DNA of 64,000 nt from contig CAJINV010000009.1 in assembly GCA_905178155.1 (NCBI GenBank), positions 124,001 to 188,000 of the forward strand, given 5' to 3'. This document shows positions 57,138 through 64,000 of this stretch, one piece after another. How positions within the stretch are numbered: the first letter of the stretch is position 1; each line of letters opens with the position of its first letter. This DNA comes from Amoebophrya sp. A120 (taxonomy: Eukaryota > Protista > Dinoflagellata). A program made the translations under genes and the position numbers. The notes under the pieces were generated by a model that saw only the letters and a program-made list of their open reading frames with translations, did not search any database and was not told the origin of the DNA.

Positions 57138-59229
57138 AGGCACACGTAGACGATGGAGTCACTGGCGCTTCGTTTTTATCCCTTTCCGTGTAATAAAAGA
57201 GAAAGCATTTTTTACAGTCAAATTTTGCGTAGCTCCAGATCAATGTAAGTACGCATGGAAATATGTCGTTGTCTACTGCAGCCTGCAAAACGAAAATCAA
57301 AATTGGTTCTCACACTGATATCTACTTACGGCATCATAGCGTGATGAATGTCCTGCATTCCTCCAGAAATGAAATGATGTGATATTTCTTGTGCAATGAA
57401 ACAGTAGTCTTTCGATGGCGACACTTTCAATTTCACAATTACTCAAATAGAATGCGAATTTGTACGATGAAGATCAAATTCGAGAAGATGTTCCGCGGTA
57501 AAAGCTCCTTCCTCATTTACTACTTGTATGCAGGAGGTACAGCTGACCCATATGCCTGCACGAAAGTGAAGATCTCAGTAAAAGGTTCGTAGAATAAGGA
57601 GGTCCAGCGTGCATGTAAGTTAGTAAATACAAGTAGTACAACTACAGCACGACAAGATGATACGACTTGTTAAGCTATCGAATTATTTTTTTTATTTTTC
57701 AGGAGGACGAAGAGGCGACACGGGGAAGATTTCTGCTGTATGAACTTACCAGTAAATTAGTGGTTTTTGTAGCCAGTCCAAGTTTACACAGATAGTGTTG
57801 TCGAGATTTTTTTGTTTTTTCATTCAGTGTCAGTCACTCGTCAAATTAATAGGTTTCGAAAAAAGAGCAAATATATTCTCGTACCTCCAAGATTCGCCCT
57901 TAAGGTTCATTTTTCCAAAGATTTTTTTAGGAAAGGAGGCATACACACGAACCGTTTTGTAGTGATGAAATCGTATGCGCGAGCTGTGTAAACAAAATAC
58001 ACCTAGAGCTAGTAGGTTTATGAAGAGGCTTCCCGAAGCGACATTTTGTGTGTAAAAAGAGAGGGTGAAGTTGAGTTTCATGCTCATGGTTCGTCGCTAC
58101 TGTGAGAGCTAGTACATCAGCATCCTTCTCGTAATGTCGAACAGAAACATTAAATCTGACTTTTTGATAAAAAGTTTTGACTCCGTCATCTGACGCAATT
58201 TTTAATAATAACATGTAGGAGAGTACCTCGAGCTATGCTCGGAAGCAGAACAAGATGTAGACACACACAACCCATAAGTATCGTATACATAGAACCAGTA
58301 GTATTTTTGCCTATTAGATAGGAGCATCAGCTGATTAAGATTATCTTCATCTTAGCCGAAGAGCAACGACGGCCACGGAGCTCCCACCCTGCTCCTGGCT
58401 TTCTTCCTCAATAGTTTCTTTCCTATTTCAGTAACATACAAAACGCACATGACTTCCGACCCGGAAAGGAGAGTTTTTTCCACTGAGAGTTTTTTTCTAT
58501 AATTAAGTAGCAGAAGCAAACTACAAAAAAGAGGAGAAGGAGCTCTGTTACCGCTTGCGGTGGTTGAGGCCGGACATGTACAGCCTAGCTTAGTGTTGAA
58601 TCAAGATTGTAGGTGCTCCAGCTTCGGGTTTTCGCGCAAAAGTTTTTTTCTGAAAGTGTTTTTTCAAGAAAAAATCGGTACTAGTACTGCCTGGTGAAAT
58701 AGATGCAAGAAACATCGGAATAGATGGTTCTTGATGAAGAACGTAGTTACTCTAGTACTAGATTTGCTTAGTCTTAAAAGATTCCACGGAGGGTACTGCT
58801 GATAGAAAGAAAAGGCCAAGGTACTTTTCTCCATCCGCATCCACCTGAAACTAACACACTGTAGCAATCGATATAGAGCCTAGTTCTTCAGCTTCGTACG
58901 GAGCTACCGAAGCGCATTTTTAAAACCGCAAGTAGTAGAAGGAGAAGAATCGAAGCCAATCATGCTCAACGCATCGGCCGGAAAAAACAAAAAGGACACC
59001 CAAAACTCGTGAGACCGGCACCAAGGTTCCTTTGGCTCCCGGCAGAGACGAGCTGCGTTCGAAGTTAACCATTCAAAACGCCAGCAAGATACCTAAGCAG
59101 CTGCTAACCGAACATCAGCTCGCTGGAATTATTGGTAGCAACTTTCGAGGAGTTATCCCCAGTATCTCTTGCGCCTGAAAACAAGCAGACAGAGAAGAGG
59201 GGATCGACGACACTGGCACTGCTCGCACC

Positions 59230-61468
59230 ATGTCGACAGTCGGGGTGGAAAAGGGCATAAGAAATCTTGCCCTGGATGAGACAACGGCAAAAGCAACTAG
59301 CGGTAGCTCGTCGCAGCCCGCAGGAACGAAGGCGAGCTTTACGTATCGCATAGTTTTTTTACCATTCGACGCTTTTTTTGGCACCAGGTCCTTTTTGTTG
59401 AATTCGGTTCTTGTACAACGTTGCCTTTGCAGTCGTGATCAACTTTTGTTTACGCAACTAAAAACTCCTTCAAAACCCACTCAAAAAAGGTATAACGCCG
59501 AGAGGGTACTGGGGAGCGGGAGTTTCGGTATCGTTTACCAGGCACAAGTGGTGGAAACAAACGAAACGGTCGCCATCAAGAAAGTTTTCCAGGACAAGAG
59601 GTGAAGAGATGGTTTCAAGGCAAAGCTAAAAGCGATATGATATGACTAATGATAATAAAGATACAGACCTTGTTTGCACAAAACAGAGAGCTGTCCGCAT
59701 CCGGTTTCGGCTCCCTGCGTCCATGACGATCAATCAATATCACAACAGGTACAAAAACCGAGAGCTGCAGATAATGAAGGAGCTGAAGCACCCAAATATA
59801 GTAGAGCTGAAACACGCCTTTTACACTTCAGGTATGCTTTTTTTGAAGTACTATGGCAGGTTGCAGCATTTTTTCGTTCATTGTATGTCGTGCGAAGAAA
59901 CGAGATATCTATGACTGATTTCAATATCTTTGGAACAACACAACCACAGGCGACAAACCCGGCGAGACATACTTGAACGTAGTAATGGAGTATTGCTCGG
60001 ATACCGTGTACCGAGTAATGAAGCACTACAATAAGATGAAGCAGCCGATGCCGATAATCTTCGTCAAACTGTATAGAATACGACGATGATGGTTCTGTTT
60101 TTGCTGTACCTTTTCTGTTAGTCATAACAAACCGCAACATCGCTATTGTTTTTGCACGATGTTGTCCGTAGCACAACTAGAAGTGAGCAATTGCAAATCG
60201 CTCTTCGCGAAAACAACAGGTACACATACCAGATGTGCAGGTCGTGCGCCTACATACACGCAGTCGGTATCTGCCATCGAGACATCAAACCACAGAATCT
60301 CCTCGTGGATGGAAGAACGCACTGCCTCAAGCTTTGCGATTTCGGAAGTGCGAAGCGGCTAGTGAAGGGCGAGCCAAACGTTGCGTACAAAAATTTCTGA
60401 ACTCCGCATAAATTACACATCAAGAACAACAAATTTCGTTGGAGTTATGCTAGCGACAGCTTCATAGATTGACAGTTCTGCGAAGGACCTTCCTAATAAA
60501 TAGAGTAGACTGGTGCCTACTTGAGTATCAGAATCGAGTAGAATTTGCAATCCTTTCACAGCTACATTTGCTCGCGGTACTACCGTGCGCCAGAGTTGAT
60601 TTTCGGTGCTACTGACTACACCACCGCGATCGACATATGGAGCGCCGCGTGCGTGACCGCGGAGATGATTCTGGGGCAGCCCCTGTTCCCCGGCGAATCC
60701 GGAGTGGACCAGCTCGTAGAAATCATCAAGGTGCTTGGTACCCCCACGCGCGAGCAACTGATGGCCATGAACCCCAACTACACCGAGTTCAAGTTCCCCA
60801 GCATCAAACCACACCCATGGAGCAAGGTACTTACCGATCCCTTTTTTGGACTTCGTTTTTTCGTCATGACGGACTGTTTTCATTCTCGAAGTTATTTGCA
60901 GATCTAGAAGCTTTTGATGGTGGCATGCGCGACCTCCAGGTGTTACTTTTTTCTCCCATCGACGCTGTTGATTTTCTATCACAACGACGTAGGTGTTCCG
61001 GCAGCGCACGAGTCCCGACGCTATCGACTTTGTCTCCAAGCTTCTGCAGTACGACCCCAAGGTCCGGCCCCACGGCTTGGAGGCGATATTACACGAATTC
61101 TTCGAGGAATTGCGCGACCAGAATACCAAATTGAGCAGCAGCAAGCCGGTACTTAAATCTTTTTTTCGTCGTCATGACGTGCAAAATCCTGATCAAGAAG
61201 AAGCACCGATCTCGACCGTGTGTGCAGCGGTCTCGTCATCATTTGAATCTTTTTTGTTTGCATGCAATTAGAATATATATATAGGCATATTTCTACTTGT
61301 CCAAAATCTAAATCAATGATATGTGAAAAAGATAGGGCAAAATTAAATCAACAGATGCCGGAGCTGTTTGATTTCAGCAAAGAGGAATCCCAGATCATGC
61401 AGGAATTGCCACCCGAGGCCACCGCAAAGATGTTGCCAAATTGGGTCCGCGAGCGAAACAAAAAGTAA
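59230..61468 (+). CDS. GSK3: Glycogen synthase kinase-3 / shaggy-like kinase, multi-exon with GT-AG introns
   Basis: [22 protein letters not shown]|[81 protein letters not shown] and HEFFEELRD. Confidence 0.95.
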
Positions 61469-63350
61469 AAAGCGAAGCCTCTTGCAGATACGAACAGTCA
61501 GCGATGCTTCTACGCTGCCGCGACACAGCGAAAGTTTGTTTTTAGATACAGCGAACTTACAGTTAGATAGTATGATTCATTCGAATACTTTACAGGTTAT
61601 CAGTATAGCAAAAGAACAAAAAAGAAAACGAAGTCAAAAACTTGATCAAATCCAAATCCTAAATATGACAAGATGAAATTAATCCAAAGCGAAATCTCAC
61701 AGAAGCGACATTGCGACATGTCGGGGGGAAAGATTTTATGAATTTCTTCACGGGAGAAAATAAATAATTCTTATGTGACTCGTTTCTCCGATAGAGTACA
61801 AGAGCCTTGTCTGGTACAAGTAAGAAAAAGAATCCCAGCGAAAGGGCAGTAGACGACACTTTCATCAAGCCGTCCCTATTCCGCAAGACAGTCAGGGCAG
61901 ACAGCGGTAGGCACGAAATTTTTTTGATAGCATTTCTTCGTTTGCTACTGCAATAACTTGCACGAAGATGTGACATACGAAGGAAACTGCGAAAGATTTG
62001 CTGTGCCATCAAGACGCCTGCCGCCTGCTTGACTTCCAAAATACGGAAGAAGATGAAAAGAATGTACAATTTTGAGGAGCATGATAGGACTAGACACGTA
62101 TCGAAACAGCATAGTGCCAGACTCTTGTTAGCATCGCACAGAAAAGCAACAGGAACCAAGTGCTGCGACAGATCTTGAAAACTTAGATTTACGGAAGGGG
62201 TTTACATTACCTTTTATGCTACTGCGAAATTAAAGGTTTTCTTCAGTATTTCGCTGCGTGAAAGAATAGATTGTGATCCTATGCCAGTAATACTTTACCG
62301 GCAAATTGCGTGGAAGATTAGGTGGATCCGTTTCTTTTTCATGTATCGCATATCTTTGGAACACCATAGATTTCTGTCTCCAGCCTGGTTCTAACACGAC
62401 AACATCATACTGGCTGTATTTGCTACTTGAAGGGCAACAAACCGGCTAAAAAAGGTTGATGCCGAAACCATCAGCGCGAACCCGTGTGAAATGTTTTTTC
62501 TCTGTAGAGGAGTCAATATGTCCTAATAAACGATTTGATTGCGGCACAAGCATTCCAGTAAATCTTTCCTCCTATGTACCCCCGAAGCCGGAGAAGTATG
62601 CATCTCCTTCTATTGTCAAATGAATTATAGTGTGGAAGGAAAAATCTGATGAGTAAATCCGCGGGCGCGCGGCTACTCTGATTTGGTATGAAAATGCTTC
62701 AAATTGTTGCGGACGAGAATTTTGCGATAGATGCTCTAACCTACGACGATGTTAGGGTCAAAATCAAGTTAAATTCGACAAATGTCCAGGAAAATGTACC
62801 ATGTAGAAGTGATGGAATTTTGACTCGTGATGAAACCGGGACGAGAAGTAAACTTTACCGATTAGTTGCCTCCACGAAAAATTTATTACCCTTCTAGGCG
62901 CAAACACGATCAGGCGATCGCTTTGCGCCGCTAGCCACAACGACTATACAGAGCGACGGTATAGCTTTATCCTTCGAGCGAAGAAGATACCACCAGCACG
63001 ACCTAATTTTTGAAGTTGGGACCCTTTTTTTCTATTGATTTCAGACATTACAGGAAGTCATAGATTATATGTGAAAGACAAAGAATGTAACCCCATAGGA
63101 TCATCCTGATATTACGACTACATGAAGGTACTTAATCTAGCACCGAAGATCTTCACAGTCAGCGACAGCATGTGAATCACCGCCGACGTAGCGCGAGTCG
63201 ATAATGAACGACAAAAACAAAAAGAAGATTAAACACGACATCAACGCGAAGGCCAAACTTTGGAGCCAGGTACGCCTGTACCCAGGGAAAAGATTTTGGA
63301 TTGTTGTTCGTTTGTTGAAGAAGCAAGAAGTAGTGTCTGTCGAACGTGAA

Positions 63351-63370
63351 GAGAGAGAGAGAGAGAGAGA
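63351..63370. repeat. (GA)n microsatellite
   Basis: About 10 GA units. Confidence 0.85.
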
Positions 63371-64000
63371 CGGGGTGAAAATGAGGTGACGGAAGGAATT
63401 CGCTTGAGAAGAGAGGAAACTGAGGAGTGAAGAAGATTCGCATATTATTACGTTCGTTGAGCGAATTGATAGTAGTTCTACTCTGCCTTCGTCTGTTGCA
63501 TTCTTCTTGAAGTTTTCCAAGTCCATGGCTCCAATATTTTTTGTCTTTCGCAGAGAGAGCGCAGCGGGAGCGCGAGCTTTTCCTTTGCCTTTCCCGTCGA
63601 AGAGCATAAAGGAAGATCGAGCTTTTCATAAACCTAGACCAGTAAAGATAATTTAGTGTGGACCACCAAAGGCGAATAATTAAAGAAGTAACACACGAAA
63701 ATGGCTACGCGAAAGAATAAGTCCGGTCCCGGCAATAAAGAGTGGCTCCGAAATGTGGACACGTCGCCACTGCCGACCATTCCACACAGGAAACTGCGGG
63801 AGACCGGGCCGACTGGTAAGTGCCACAAGGATCATATTTTTCGATGGTGCTGTCAATTAAGTATAATTTCAGAGTCATGTGTATGAAAAGAGTCATCGTT
63901 TCCCTGATGCTGATCTATTCCGGACTATAATTTGTTCGGAAAAAGAACAAGCCACAAAATCAAAATGCAGGCACCGACATTACCTTCGGCACCCGGAAAC

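Noticed and set aside
63137-63629. Minus-strand ORFs near the window end
   Set aside because: They span a microsatellite and have no recognisable domain; part could be an exon, but I cannot support it.
1-64000. tRNA, rRNA, dinoflagellate spliced-leader copies or an autonomous transposase gene
   Set aside because: None were recognised by eye; a dedicated search would be needed to exclude them.

Overview
Eukaryotic (alveolate-like) genomic DNA; every gene I can support lies on the + strand. The gene content, the unidirectional layout and the repeat-derived non-canonical introns suggest the parasitic dinoflagellate Amoebophrya (Syndiniales); this is an inference. From 5' to 3' the window holds a cluster of lineage-specific secreted or single-pass membrane proteins, a Cys-rich CBM1-like plus GH45 endoglucanase, radial spoke protein 3, a coiled-coil protein ending in an isolated dynein microtubule-binding domain, COP9 subunit 4, deoxyhypusine hydroxylase, two tandem ~3,300-aa ABCA transporters, an ML/NPC2-like protein and a GSK3 kinase. 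The main signal is 11 well-defined MITE-like insertions (192-322 bp, three TIR families) plus one degenerate one, all inside coding sequence. All have TAT...ATA ends and 5-bp target duplications. Removing the element plus one duplication restores the reading frame every time, in either orientation, and no frame-restoring register gives GT-AG ends. Ordinary GT-AG introns occur alongside them.
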